A DNA stretch of 64,000 nucleotides from Dehalococcoidia bacterium (GCA_965200625.1 OZ241375.1:2344078-2408077); one strand, 5' to 3'. Shown: positions 30,001-41,405, numbered from the stretch's first letter. Numbers and translations: made by a program. Notes: a model not told the origin generated them from the sequence alone.

Positions 30001-31283
30001 AGTACCAGATCGTCACTCTGGGCTGCCCCAAGAACACGACCGATTCAGATCGGATTGCGCGGACGTTGGAACAGGCCGGCCACCGCGCCGTCCCCAGCCG
30101 CGCCGACGCCGAGCTGGTCATCCTCAACACCTGCGGCTTCATCGACGACGCCCGCGCGGAATCGCGCCAGGCCGCCGAAATCCTCGCTGCCGAGCGCCAG
30201 CCCGACCAGCAGGTGGTCGTGACCGGCTGCTGGTCGCAGATCGAGCGCGAACAGGTGATCGCGATCGACGGCATCAGCGCCGCCTTCGGGATCGAGGCCT
30301 GGAGCGCGATCGCTGATCACGCGGGAACGGTTGCGGCCGAGCGCGATATTCCCGAGACCTCAATTGGCGTCGGCCCGTCCGCCTATCTGAAAATCTCCGA
30401 CGGCTGCGCGCGGCCCTGCACCTTTTGCAACATCCCCGGGATCAAGGGCCGCCAGTTCCGCAGCGCTCGCCCCGACGCGCTGGTCCGGGAAGCGCAGGAG
30501 CTCGTCGCGCGCGGCGCGCGGGAGATCGTGCTGGTCGCCCAGGACAGCACCGCCTACGGGGCGGAATGGGGCGACGCCCACGGCCTCGCCCGCCTGCTCG
30601 AACGGCTGGCCGCCGAGTCGGGCGCGGACTGGCTGCGGCTGATGTACGCCTACCCCGGCTTCGTCACCCCCAGCCTGATCGAGGTGATGGCCAACACGCC
30701 CCAAATCTGCGAGTACCTCGACATCCCACTCCAGCACGGCTCACCAACCGTTCTGCGCCGAATGAAGCGCCCCCACAACCTGAACATGGTGTACGGGACG
30801 CTGGAGCGGCTGCGTAACGCGATGCCCGCGATCGCGATCCGCACCACGTTCATCGTCGGCTTCCCTGGCGAGACGGACTCCGAGTTCGACGAGCTACTCG
30901 AGTTTGCCGCCGCGGCCGAGTTCGATCGCGCCGGCGCGTTCAGCTACTCGCCACAGCGAGGCACCCCCGCCGCTGAGCTGCCAGACCAAATCCCCGAAGC
31001 GGTCAAACAGCGCCGCCATGAGGAGTTGATGCTGCTGCTCGCCGAGATCTCGGCGCGGCAGAACGAACGCCAGGTCGGCCGCCGGCTGCCGTTGCTTGTG
31101 GAGTCGGAAGCGGGCCAGACCACCGACGACGGCGAGCCGATCATCGCCGGCCGCACCTACCGCGAAGCCGCCGAAGTCGACGGCCTCGTCTTCGCCTTCG
31201 GCGCGGCCAATCCGGGCGAGTTCCGCCCGGTCGAGATCGTCGAGGCCATGGGCCACGACCTCTGGGCTGAGGTCGTCGACTAG
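29997..31283 (+). CDS. rimO: Ribosomal protein S12 methylthiotransferase
   Basis: LGCPKN, NTCGFI, AYLKISDGCARPCTFC, WLRLMYAYP, AEVDG. Confidence 0.94.
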   Translation: MKYQIVTLGCPKNTTDSDRIARTLEQAGHRAVPSRADAELVILNTCGFIDDARAESRQAAEILAAERQPDQQVVVTGCWSQIEREQVIAIDGISAAFGIEAWSAIADHAGTVAAERDIPETSIGVGPSAYLKISDGCARPCTFCNIPGIKGRQFRSARPDALVREAQELVARGAREIVLVAQDSTAYGAEWGDAHGLARLLERLAAESGADWLRLMYAYPGFVTPSLIEVMANTPQICEYLDIPLQHGSPTVLRRMKRPHNLNMVYGTLERLRNAMPAIAIRTTFIVGFPGETDSEFDELLEFAAAAEFDRAGAFSYSPQRGTPAAELPDQIPEAVKQRRHEELMLLLAEISARQNERQVGRRLPLLVESEAGQTTDDGEPIIAGRTYREAAEVDGLVFAFGAANPGEFRPVEIVEAMGHDLWAEVVD

Positions 31284-31573
31284 AGCGCAATCGTCTCTGT
31301 CGACACCGTCCCCACCTGGCAATCCAGGCGCAGCGCCTCGATGTAGGCCAGCACCCGCTGCGCCGTCGCGTGGGTGATCTGCGCGTCCGACGCGATCGCG
31401 GCAAAGGCCAGCGTCGCGCGCGCCGGATCGTCCTGCTGCGCCGTCTCCGACGCCGCCACGGGAAACTGGTTCCGCGTCCGCTGGATCACCCGGCGCACCA
31501 CCGACCGCTTCTGCTTGAGCGACGCCGACTCGAAGATCAGCAGCTCGACCGTGAGCACAGTGACAAACGTCAT
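31280..31573 (-). CDS. DUF503 family protein
   Basis: SLKQKRSVVRRVI..RNQFPVAASE. Confidence 0.85.
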   Translation of the reverse strand: MTFVTVLTVELLIFESASLKQKRSVVRRVIQRTRNQFPVAASETAQQDDPARATLAFAAIASDAQITHATAQRVLAYIEALRLDCQVGTVSTETIAL

Positions 31574-32886
31574 CCCAACAGCTCGCCGCGGAGTCCAGCC
31601 TGTTCGACGGCGGCAATCCGCACGCTGCGGATCTGGTTCGTCAGGTCGATCCCATCCGCATGGCCAGGCAGCGGGGCGGGCAGCTGATCGGGCAATTGGA
31701 CGGGCAGATAGGTATCCGTGAGGCCCGCCGCGGCGGTCTCGAAGAGGACGGATTCGACCGCGCCCACGCGGGCGGCCAGCGCCTCGCGTCGGTGGGCCGC
31801 GCCGCGCTCCCGCAACGCCGCCGCCCGCGCCCGTTTCGTCTCGGGCGGGACATCGTCGGCGAGCTGCGCGGCCGACGTGCGGGGCCGCGCCGAGTAGGGA
31901 AACACGTGGACATCGGTGAAGCGCAGCGCATCCATCAGCGCCAGCGTCTGCTGATGATCCGCCGCCGTCTCACCGGGGAAGCCGGCGATGATGTCAGTCG
32001 TCAGCGACGCGCCCGCGACCGACGCCCGGATCGTCTCCGCCGCGGCGCGGAACTGCGCCGCTGTGTAGCGGCGGCGCATCCGCCGGAGCACCGCGTCGGA
32101 GCCGCTCTGCAGCGCCAGATGGAAGTGGCGGCACATCCGAGCGTCCTCCCAGCAGGCGAGCAGCGCCGGCGTGAGGTCTTGCGGCTGGATCGACGAATAG
32201 CGAATCCGCGGCGCGTCCGTGCCCGTGAGCAAGGCCTCGATCAGCGCCGCCGCCGATGCGCCGTCGGCGCGGTCGCGTCCGTACGCGCCCGGCTGCGTGC
32301 CGGTCAGCACGATCTCCTGGACGCCCTCCGCGACGCGCTGCTGCGCCAGTGCAACAATCTGTTCAATCGGAATCGCCCGCTCGCGGCCGCGCACATAGGG
32401 CACGATGCAGAAGGCGCAGACGTCGTCGCAGCCTTCCTGAATCTTGATGAACGCCCGCGTCCGGCCGCTGGCGGCGCGTCCCGCGGCGGTTGAGGGCGCG
32501 CGTCCGTCGATCGCGGAGAGCAGGGCCGCCGCCGCTTCGTGTTTGCGCTCATTGCCCACGACCTGCACCTGGGGCAGCTGCGCCAGCGCCGCGCCGTCGC
32601 GTTCGGCGTAGCAGCCGGTGACGATCACCGGCGCCTCCGGCGAGAGCCGATTCGCCAGGCGAATCAGCCGCCGCGCCTTGCGGTCGGCGACGTGCGTGAT
32701 CGTGCAGGTGTTGATCAGATAGGCGTCCGCGCGCGCCGGGCGGTCGGTCGTGACGCAGCCGCGCCGCTGCAGCTCCCGCGCGGCCTGCTGCGTCTCGGCC
32801 TGATTCAGCTTGCAGCCCAGGGTCAGGGTCGCCACCAATGGCGCGCGTCGTTCAGCGGAGTCGGGGGCGGATGTTTCGCTGTTCAT
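31570..32886 (-). CDS. mtaB: tRNA methylthiotransferase, MtaB-like radical SAM enzyme
   Basis: TLGCKLNQAE, INTCTIT, RTRAFIKIQEGCDDVCAFC, HVFPYSARP. Confidence 0.85.
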   Translation of the reverse strand: MNSETSAPDSAERRAPLVATLTLGCKLNQAETQQAARELQRRGCVTTDRPARADAYLINTCTITHVADRKARRLIRLANRLSPEAPVIVTGCYAERDGAALAQLPQVQVVGNERKHEAAAALLSAIDGRAPSTAAGRAASGRTRAFIKIQEGCDDVCAFCIVPYVRGRERAIPIEQIVALAQQRVAEGVQEIVLTGTQPGAYGRDRADGASAAALIEALLTGTDAPRIRYSSIQPQDLTPALLACWEDARMCRHFHLALQSGSDAVLRRMRRRYTAAQFRAAAETIRASVAGASLTTDIIAGFPGETAADHQQTLALMDALRFTDVHVFPYSARPRTSAAQLADDVPPETKRARAAALRERGAAHRREALAARVGAVESVLFETAAAGLTDTYLPVQLPDQLPAPLPGHADGIDLTNQIRSVRIAAVEQAGLRGELLG

Positions 32887-32966
32887 GAGCATCTACGATA
32901 CTGAGAGTCAGCCGTCGCGCGCGACCGAACACCGCCGGTGGAGCTTGAGGGGCAGCGAGGTGCAGC

Positions 32967-33098
32967 ATGGTTGAAATTGGTTTGGCGATTCTCTTCGTCA
33001 GCATCCTCGTCGCCGCCGACCGCGGCCGCTCCAGCAACCTCAACGAGAAAATGCGCGACTTCGTCGACTGGCTCGACCGCCCCGAAGACCAGCAGTAG
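32967..33098 (+). CDS. Small 43-aa single-TM protein, below the ORF-track cutoff
   Basis: GAGGTG RBS; MVEIGLAILFVSILVAADRGRSSNLNEKMRDFVDWLDRPEDQQ*; host-like codons. Confidence 0.6.
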   Translation: MVEIGLAILFVSILVAADRGRSSNLNEKMRDFVDWLDRPEDQQ

Positions 33099-33196
33099 CG
33101 CCCGTCCGCTCCGAGCCCGCTACCCGCCTGCGTTCTCCCCGCCGGCGCGGGTCTGTGTGCTCCTGCCCCTGGACTTCTTCCCCAACGTCCACATTG

Positions 33197-33247
33197 TTGA
33201 CAACTCCAAACATGAGTCCTATGTTGTTCAATATAGAACTGAAGTAC
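33197..33247 (+). promoter_or_regulatory. Sigma70-type promoter (TTGACA-17-TATGTT) followed by LexA-like box GAAC-TGAA-GTAC
   Basis: -35 at 33197-33202, -10 at 33220-33225, box at 33236-33247. Confidence 0.7.
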
Positions 33248-33258
33248 AGGAAACAACA

Positions 33259-33546
33259 ATGATCCGCAGTGCCGTCTCTGCCTCCGCCAACGCCTCCGCC
33301 GCCCGCCCCATTGCCCGGGGCGCGCAGTTGCCGCTGCTCTGCGAGCCGCTTCCCGCCCCCGCCAGCGCCGATCCGCCGCGCCGTTTGTCCTCGCCGCGCC
33401 GCACCGTCTGCCCCCGCTGCGCCGGGCCGACGGCCAGCCACGGCCGCCGCCGCGTCTGCGTGATCTGCGGCTTCGGCGCCCGTCCCGCGCGGCTGACCCG
33501 CCAAGCGCGCCGGTCTGCGGGCCGCCCCAGCCGTCCGGCGGCGTGA
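33259..33546 (+). CDS. Small zinc-ribbon protein (95 aa)
   Basis: AGGAAA RBS, own promoter, CPRC...CVICG. Confidence 0.65.
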   Translation: MIRSAVSASANASAARPIARGAQLPLLCEPLPAPASADPPRRLSSPRRTVCPRCAGPTASHGRRRVCVICGFGARPARLTRQARRSAGRPSRPAA

Positions 33547-33600
33547 GCCCCCGCCGATCGCGCGGGCTGAGCGGGCTGAGCGGGGCGTACAGTAGGTGGC

Positions 33601-33789
33601 GTGAACAGCGTCATCCTTCTCGTGCTCGTGCTGGGCCTGCTGACCGCGCTCTGGCTCAGGGGGTTCCTCAACTTCGGCAGCGTGATCTCGCTGTACCGAC
33701 GCATCCGCCTCGCCGCCCTGCTCTGGGCGGTCGTGATCCTCGCCATCGGCCTGCTGCGCATCTTCGGAATCGGCGGCGATGGCTTCTGA
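33601..33789 (+). CDS. Small two-TM membrane protein (62 aa)
   Basis: Two hydrophobic helices; overlaps start of glycerate kinase gene. Confidence 0.65.
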   Translation: MNSVILLVLVLGLLTALWLRGFLNFGSVISLYRRIRLAALLWAVVILAIGLLRIFGIGGDGF

Positions 33790-34924
33790 TCCCATCCGGA
33801 TTGTCATCGCTCCGCAGGAGTTCAAAGGCAGCCTGACCGCCGTCCAGGCCGCCGACGCCATCGAGCGCGGCGTCCGCTCCGTCTTCCCCGACGCGATCAT
33901 CGACCGCGCGCCCGTCGCCGACGGCGGCCCGGGCACGGTCGAGGCAATCGTCCAGGCCGCCGGCGGGCGGACTTCCATCGCCCGCGTCGACGGCCCGCTC
34001 GGCGCGCCGGTCGACGCCCGCTGGGGCCGCATTGACGAGGGCCGCTGCGCCGTGATCGAGATGGCCGCCGCCTCCGGCCTGACGCTGCTGCGCCCGGCTG
34101 AACTGGATCCGCGCCGCGCCTCCACGCACGGCAGCGGCCAGCTGCTCCGCCACGCGCTGGACGCCGGCGTCGAGCGCATCCTGATCGGCATCGGCGGCAG
34201 CGCCACCAACGACGGCGGCGCGGGGCTGGCCGAGGCGCTCGGCGCCGTCCTGCTCGACGAACACGGCAACCGCCTCCCGCCCGGCGGCGCAGCCCTCGCC
34301 GACCTCGCGCGCATTGCGCTGGACCGCTTCGACGCCCGCGTCCGCGCCGTGCCGATCACGGTCCTCTGCGACGTGCAGAATCCCTTGCTCGGCCCCGAGG
34401 GCGCCAGCGCGATCTACGGCCCGCAAAAGGGCGCGGACCCCGCCGCCGTCGCCCAGCTCGACCGCGCCCTGGCCAACTACGCCGCGATTCTGGAACGCGA
34501 CCTCGACGCGCGGGTCGCGGACATCCCCGGCGCGGGCGCGGCGGGCGGACTCGGCGCAGGCCTGATCGCGTTCTGCGGCGCGACCCTGCAATCCGGCTTC
34601 GACGCCGTCTCCGCCGCCGTGCGCCTGGCGGAGCGGATTGCCCAGGCCAACCTCGTGATCAGCGGCGAGGGCCGGCTCGACACCCAGTCCGCCTACGGCA
34701 AGACCGTCGCCGGCGTCGCCGCCCTCGCGGCGGCGGCGAGCGTCCCCTGCCTGGCCGTCGCGGGCCTGATCGAGGGCGCGGCCGACCTGCCCGGTCTCCG
34801 CGACCGCGAAGCCGCGACCAGGCCCGGGCTGTCAGTGGAAGAGGCGATGACCCGCGCCGACGCGCTGGTCCCGGCCGCCGTTGAGCGGCTGCTGCGCCGC
34901 CATGCGAGCCGCTGGGCGGGGTGA
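33779..34924 (+). CDS. Glycerate kinase
   Basis: IAPQEFKGSL, ADGGPGT, GIGGSATNDGG, GAGAAGGLG, SGEGRLD. Confidence 0.94.
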   Translation: MASDPIRIVIAPQEFKGSLTAVQAADAIERGVRSVFPDAIIDRAPVADGGPGTVEAIVQAAGGRTSIARVDGPLGAPVDARWGRIDEGRCAVIEMAAASGLTLLRPAELDPRRASTHGSGQLLRHALDAGVERILIGIGGSATNDGGAGLAEALGAVLLDEHGNRLPPGGAALADLARIALDRFDARVRAVPITVLCDVQNPLLGPEGASAIYGPQKGADPAAVAQLDRALANYAAILERDLDARVADIPGAGAAGGLGAGLIAFCGATLQSGFDAVSAAVRLAERIAQANLVISGEGRLDTQSAYGKTVAGVAALAAAASVPCLAVAGLIEGAADLPGLRDREAATRPGLSVEEAMTRADALVPAAVERLLRRHASRWAG

Positions 34925-34928
34925 GCGG

Positions 34929-35360
34929 CTATTCGAGATACGGGTGGCGGCGCTCAATCAGGTTGATCGCCGCGCGGACGTGGTTCCTGGGCGGCGGCGC
35001 GATCCCGATCTCGTCCAGCCGATCGTCATCGATCCCGAAGTGGTGCGCCACCTCGTGCAGCACCGTCTCGCGCACCTGCTCGACCACCTCCGCCTCGCTT
35101 GAGCAGATGCTCTCGATCGGCTGCTGATAGATCATGATCCGGTCGGGCAGCGTCTCGCCGTAGAACCCGCGGCTGGTCAGCGGTTGCCCGATGTATAACC
35201 CCAGCAGCGTCTGACGCGGTCCCAGCCCCACCGACTCTCGCTCCTCCGCCGTCGGCTCGTTGCGCAGGAGGATGACGACGTTATCCATCCGCTCCGCGAG
35301 CGGCTCCGGAATCTCATCCAGGGCGCGTTGCACCAGACGGCGGAAGCGGGCGCGTCGCAT
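34929..35360 (-). CDS. Minimal zincin metallopeptidase family protein
   Basis: LLGLY, LPDRIMIYQ, TVLHEVAHHFGIDD. Confidence 0.9.
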   Translation of the reverse strand: MRRARFRRLVQRALDEIPEPLAERMDNVVILLRNEPTAEERESVGLGPRQTLLGLYIGQPLTSRGFYGETLPDRIMIYQQPIESICSSEAEVVEQVRETVLHEVAHHFGIDDDRLDEIGIAPPPRNHVRAAINLIERRHPYLE

Positions 35361-35365
35361 AGCGC

Positions 35366-37780
35366 TTACGGTACCCAATTGTTCAGAATTACGCCTTCCA
35401 GAATCCGCCGCACAATCGGCCCGGCGTCGTCCGATCCTGACCGGCCGTCATCCAGCACCACCGTGACGACCAACCGCGGCTCAGTAAAGTCCGCCCAGGC
35501 CGAGAACCAGGCGTGCGTCGTATAGCCGCCGCCGGTCGCTTCCTCCTCTTCTTCATCCTCCTCGCCCTCTCCGTCAGTTTCCGAAGCGTCGCCCTCCGTC
35601 TGCTGGCTGTTCAGCTCTACCTCGATCGCTTGGTCTTCCTGGCCCGCGTCCGCCCCCTCGTCATCGACCGAGGCGATCACCTCCGCGTCGATGACCAGGT
35701 CTTCCGAGGTGCCCGACTTCCCGGCGATCTGCAGGGGGCTGCCCTGGAAGGCGTAGTAGCCCGTTCCGTAGGGCTGCGAGACCGTCGACCGCAGCGCCTG
35801 CTTCAGCTGTTCCAGCGTGTTGGCCGAGACCGGCAGCACGCTGATCGAGCGCCGCTCGATCGCTTGCGGCGGCGCGCCGCTGGGTTCGATTGACTGCACC
35901 ACGATCGGCGTATTGACGACCCCGTTCGTCGCCAGCGCCGCGTAGGCGTTGGCGACCTGCAGGACGGTCACCGCGACGAAGCCCTGGCCGATGCTCATGT
36001 TGAGCGTGTCGCCCGTGTACCAGGCCTCGTCGAGCACGTCCGCTTTCCACTCGGGTCCGGGATTGGTCCCGCTCGCCTCATCCAGGCCAATCACGCCGGT
36101 CGGCTGCCCGAAGCCGAAGCCGGCCGCTGTGGCCGGTAGCAGCTGCTCGTCGATCCGGTCCAGCTGGAGGCCCAGGTCGAAGAACACCGTGTTGCACGAC
36201 TCCGCCAACGCCTGCGACAGCGTGATCCGCCCCTGATTCGTCTCCTTCCAGTTGCGCAGCGGCTTGTCGCCGACCTTCATCCAGACCGCCGGGCAGGAGA
36301 TCCGATCGGTGCTCTCAAAGCCGCCGCCCTCCAGCGCCGCCGCCAGGGTGATGGCCTTGAAGGTCGAGGCGGGCGCGTAGAGCTGCCCGACGGCGCGGTT
36401 GATGAACGGCTGGCGTTCGTCTTGCCAATACTCCTCGTACTCCTCGTTCGTGACGCCGTCGACGATCGTGTTCGGATCGATGCGCGGATAGGAGGCCATC
36501 GCCAGCACGTGCCCGCTGCGTGGATCGATGGTGACGACCGCGCCCGCATGCTCGCCCAGCGCCTCCTCCGCCAGTTGCTGCACCCGCACGTCCAGGGCCA
36601 GCCGCACATTTGATCCCGGAATCTCGGGCCGCTGGGCGATCTCCCGCACGGGTCGGACTTCCGGATCGATGATGATCAGTCTGCCGCCGCGCCGTCCGGC
36701 CAATTGCTTTTCGAATGACTTCTCAATCCCGGCGCGGCCGATCAGGTGGCCGGCCCGGTAGCCCTCGATGTACAACTCCTCCAGCTCCTCCGCTTGCACC
36801 TCCTGCAGGTAGCCGATCACGTGCGCGGCCAGCGCGCCGTACGGGTAGTAGCGCCGCGTCCGCGTGGTTAGCAGGATGCCGTCCGAGGTCAGCTGTTCCA
36901 ACTCCCTCAGCTCCTCCGCCGACGTGTCGATCGGCAAGATGGCGACCGGAATGAACTCATTCGAAGGCACATCCTGATAAATCAGCGCCCGCGCGTCCTC
37001 CTCGGCCAACCCCAGCCGTTCGACAAAGAAATTCAGCACCGCCGCTTCATCCGAGATCAGGTCCCAGTACACGCCGATGATCGTCTCCTCCGTCTGCCCG
37101 GCTAACACGTTCCCGTTACGGTCGAGGATCAGCCCGCGCTCCGGGGTCGAGACTCGGATGTTGACCAGATGTCCTTCCGTGCCGAGCCCGCTGAACATCA
37201 GGTCGGGCGTCCAGTCCACGACCCAGTGCGGCTGGCGCAGCGTGGGCGCCTGGACGATCTCCTCGATCTCCCCGAAGAACGTCGTCTGATAGCGCAGGAT
37301 GACCTCGTGCGACGACGCGTTCTCGTCCTCCTGCTCAATCACCTCCCAGGTGAACCCGCCGATCGTCGCCTCCGCCCAGACATCCTGATAGCGCCGCTCG
37401 AACGCCTCCACCGTGATCCGCTCGCGCGTCTCCACCGAGGTCCGCTCGTAGGCGGCGCGCAGATCGCCCGTCTGCACCAGATGAAAAAAACTCTGCACCG
37501 CGAACCGCGCCGTCGGCGGCGCAGCGGTGGTGTCTTCCAATTCCTCGGCCGGCGGGACGAAGGTGTTGTTCTCGGTTGGCTCCGACCCGTCCGGCGCGGT
37601 CTCCGACTGCGGATCGGTCTGTTCTGCGCCCTCTTGCGGGGGCGGCGGGAAATACTCCGACAGATCGCGTTCCGACTCGCCGCCGAAGATGCAGCCGCTC
37701 AACAGCAGCGCCGCGGCGATCAGCAGCGCGACCCGCGCCGCCACCGACGCGCCGCCCCAGGAAATTCCCACAGCTCGCAT
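35366..37780 (-). CDS. Class B penicillin-binding protein (PBP2/MrdA-like), probable lipoprotein
   Basis: LLSGC lipobox, RGLILDRNG, STFK, SCN, KSG motifs. Confidence 0.9.
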   Translation of the reverse strand: MRAVGISWGGASVAARVALLIAAALLLSGCIFGGESERDLSEYFPPPPQEGAEQTDPQSETAPDGSEPTENNTFVPPAEELEDTTAAPPTARFAVQSFFHLVQTGDLRAAYERTSVETRERITVEAFERRYQDVWAEATIGGFTWEVIEQEDENASSHEVILRYQTTFFGEIEEIVQAPTLRQPHWVVDWTPDLMFSGLGTEGHLVNIRVSTPERGLILDRNGNVLAGQTEETIIGVYWDLISDEAAVLNFFVERLGLAEEDARALIYQDVPSNEFIPVAILPIDTSAEELRELEQLTSDGILLTTRTRRYYPYGALAAHVIGYLQEVQAEELEELYIEGYRAGHLIGRAGIEKSFEKQLAGRRGGRLIIIDPEVRPVREIAQRPEIPGSNVRLALDVRVQQLAEEALGEHAGAVVTIDPRSGHVLAMASYPRIDPNTIVDGVTNEEYEEYWQDERQPFINRAVGQLYAPASTFKAITLAAALEGGGFESTDRISCPAVWMKVGDKPLRNWKETNQGRITLSQALAESCNTVFFDLGLQLDRIDEQLLPATAAGFGFGQPTGVIGLDEASGTNPGPEWKADVLDEAWYTGDTLNMSIGQGFVAVTVLQVANAYAALATNGVVNTPIVVQSIEPSGAPPQAIERRSISVLPVSANTLEQLKQALRSTVSQPYGTGYYAFQGSPLQIAGKSGTSEDLVIDAEVIASVDDEGADAGQEDQAIEVELNSQQTEGDASETDGEGEEDEEEEEATGGGYTTHAWFSAWADFTEPRLVVTVVLDDGRSGSDDAGPIVRRILEGVILNNWVP

Positions 37781-37940
37781 ACCCGGCGTATCCGCTCCAC
37801 CCCGCTCAAGCCCCCACTTTACCAGTCTGTCGCCAGCCGGGCGCAGATTGATCGGCCGTGGGGGCGGGATCAGCGCCCGCGCAGGCGTTAGACTAACCTC
37901 GATGTAGTTCCGCGTATGCGTCGCAGAGGGGATCCGCCAG

Positions 37941-39116
<1,176 letters not shown>

Positions 39117-39309
39117 GCCGTACCGCTCACGCCCGTCCGGGCCGCGACCGTCATCCCATCGCCCCGCTGACAGCTGTCGGCGGGGCGCTCTTCGTTTGCC
39201 GCCGCGGGGCGCGTTCAGCGTCGTAACAGATGTGCGGAACCTCACCGCCTGGGCGGGCGTCTCTGTAGGAGGGCGCTAGACTAGTACCCTTAATCGAGGG
39301 GAGCCTCAT

Positions 39310-41367
39310 ATGACCCGAGTTCGGCTTTGGCTGCTGGCCGCCGCGCCGATCGTTGCCGTGGCCGTTGTGGCCGCGCAGCTGCTTGTGTTTCCCGCCGCCG
39401 CGACCGCGACCGGCGTGCGCGGTTTCAGCTCCTGCGACGAGCTGCACGAGCACTACGTCACCCTCGCCCTGGCCGCGGCGCAGGGCGACTACTACGAAGA
39501 CTGGGAGGAAGAAGAGGCATTTGTTGACGAGGCCATGGATGAGGCGATGGCCGACGGCGACGACTCCGGCGCCAGTACGTCGAGCGGAGAGCGCGCACCA
39601 AGCGCAGAGCTGGCCATCACAGAGGAAGCGGCGGTTGATGACGAGGGCAGCGTCTCCGAGACCGGGACCAACATCCAGGAGCGCGGCGTTGACGAGTCCG
39701 ACATCATCAAGACGGACGGCGAGCATGTCTACATCCTCCGGCCGCAGTCGCTGCTGATCGCGGAGGTGAGCGCAGACGGCCCGCTGACCGCCGTCGGGCG
39801 CATCGACTTCTCCAAGTACGCGCACCGCCAGGAGCTGCTGATCAGCGCCGGCAAGGCGGTCGTGGTGCGGCAGCTGAGCGGCGTCTCCGATGTGATCGTC
39901 CTGGAGGACGAGGCCGAGGCCGCCGCGACGACTGACCTGATCGAACCGCGCTTTCCGCTGGAGCGTTACCGCGAGCAGAGCGAGGTGCTGGAGATTGATG
40001 TGCAGACTGCGGACTCGCCCCGCTTGCTGCGGCAGCTCAGTCTCGACGGCCGCTTCCTCAGCGCGCGGCTGGTTGCGGGCGGGCTGCGCGTCGCCATGCA
40101 GCACAGCTCCGTCGTGCCGGTCGTCTATCCGTGGGCGTTCCCGCACTGGGTGAGCGCGGAAGCGATTGAGCGCTACAACGAGGCGCTGCGGGAGCTGTTC
40201 CGACTGGGTCAGTGGATGCCGCTCTACGGGCTGCAGGACTACACCGACAACAGCTTCAGCCACGGTTACGCGCTGGATTGCACGCGAACCTACGCGCCCG
40301 CCGAGCAGCTGCCGACCGGCTGGGGCGGGCTGCCGAGCACCGGGTTCATGCTCTCCTTCGATCTCAGCGGCGGCATCAGCGAGTGGGGCAGCGCCGCCGT
40401 GATCGGGATGGCCCACGAGCCGACGGTCTACGCCAGCGCCGACTCGCTCTACCTGGCCGCGCCGCACAACTCGTGGCGGGACACCGCAATTCACCGCTTC
40501 GACATCTCCGATCCGCTCGCGCCGACCTACTTCGGCGGCGGCGTGGTCAAGGGCAAGCTGCTCTCCCAATGGTCGCTCTCCGAGCACGACGGCTACCTGC
40601 GGGTCGCCACGACGAACCGAGACGAGTGGCCCACGGTCAGCAGCGTGACCGTGCTGGAGGCGGTGCCTGACGATCCAGAGGGCGAGACGCTGATGGGCTC
40701 GCTCGAGGAGGTCGGCCAGGTGAGCGGGCTGGGCGTGCGCGAGAGCATCTTCGCCGTGCGCTTCGCCGGCGACGTGGGCTACGTCGTCACCTTCCGTCAG
40801 ATTGACCCGCTGTATGTGCTCGACCTCTCGGATCCGACCGATCCGAAAGAGGTGGGCGAACTCAAGATTCCCGGCTTCTCCCGCTACTTGCACCCGCTCA
40901 GCGGCGGGCTGCTGCTCGGTATCGGGCGCGACGCTGATCCGAACACCGGCCGCGAACTCGGCCTCCAGGCCTCGCTCTTTGACGTCTCCGATCCCACGAA
41001 CCCGACCCAGCTCGCCGTGCTCCCGTTTGGCGAGGACGCCTTCAGCCCGGTCGAGTCCGACCACCGCGCCTTCCGCTTCCAGGACGGCCTCGCCTGGATC
41101 CCCGTCGGCCCCAACGACTGGTATCTCCGCCAAGATCACGACGGCGCGTTCCTCGGCGTCCGCGTCAACGAAGACGGCCTGACCCACGAGGCGACGCTCC
41201 GCGTGCACGGCGAGGCAATGCGCGCCGTCCCGCTCGACGCGCAAATTCACCTGCTCGGCAGCGGCGAAGTCCGCACCTACCAACTCGACGACTACACCGA
41301 TCAAGGCGCGCTCAGCTTCGCCGACGAGTGGGACAACCGCTGGCTCCCACCCTCGCCGCCGGAGTAG
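39310..41367 (+). CDS. Secreted beta-propeller domain protein
   Basis: Signal peptide; TNIQERGVDESDIIKTDG, YVVTFRQIDPLYVLDL, GELKIPGFSRYLHP. Confidence 0.88.
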   Translation: MTRVRLWLLAAAPIVAVAVVAAQLLVFPAAATATGVRGFSSCDELHEHYVTLALAAAQGDYYEDWEEEEAFVDEAMDEAMADGDDSGASTSSGERAPSAELAITEEAAVDDEGSVSETGTNIQERGVDESDIIKTDGEHVYILRPQSLLIAEVSADGPLTAVGRIDFSKYAHRQELLISAGKAVVVRQLSGVSDVIVLEDEAEAAATTDLIEPRFPLERYREQSEVLEIDVQTADSPRLLRQLSLDGRFLSARLVAGGLRVAMQHSSVVPVVYPWAFPHWVSAEAIERYNEALRELFRLGQWMPLYGLQDYTDNSFSHGYALDCTRTYAPAEQLPTGWGGLPSTGFMLSFDLSGGISEWGSAAVIGMAHEPTVYASADSLYLAAPHNSWRDTAIHRFDISDPLAPTYFGGGVVKGKLLSQWSLSEHDGYLRVATTNRDEWPTVSSVTVLEAVPDDPEGETLMGSLEEVGQVSGLGVRESIFAVRFAGDVGYVVTFRQIDPLYVLDLSDPTDPKEVGELKIPGFSRYLHPLSGGLLLGIGRDADPNTGRELGLQASLFDVSDPTNPTQLAVLPFGEDAFSPVESDHRAFRFQDGLAWIPVGPNDWYLRQDHDGAFLGVRVNEDGLTHEATLRVHGEAMRAVPLDAQIHLLGSGEVRTYQLDDYTDQGALSFADEWDNRWLPPSPPE

Positions 41368-41405
41368 GGGTGGATTGAGCCAGCTGGTCGCGGGCGCGAG
41401 GGAAG

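Noticed and set aside
32938-33258. 5' part of the 202-aa ORF 32938-33546
   Set aside because: Spans a different small gene and the promoter; the supported start is ATG 33259
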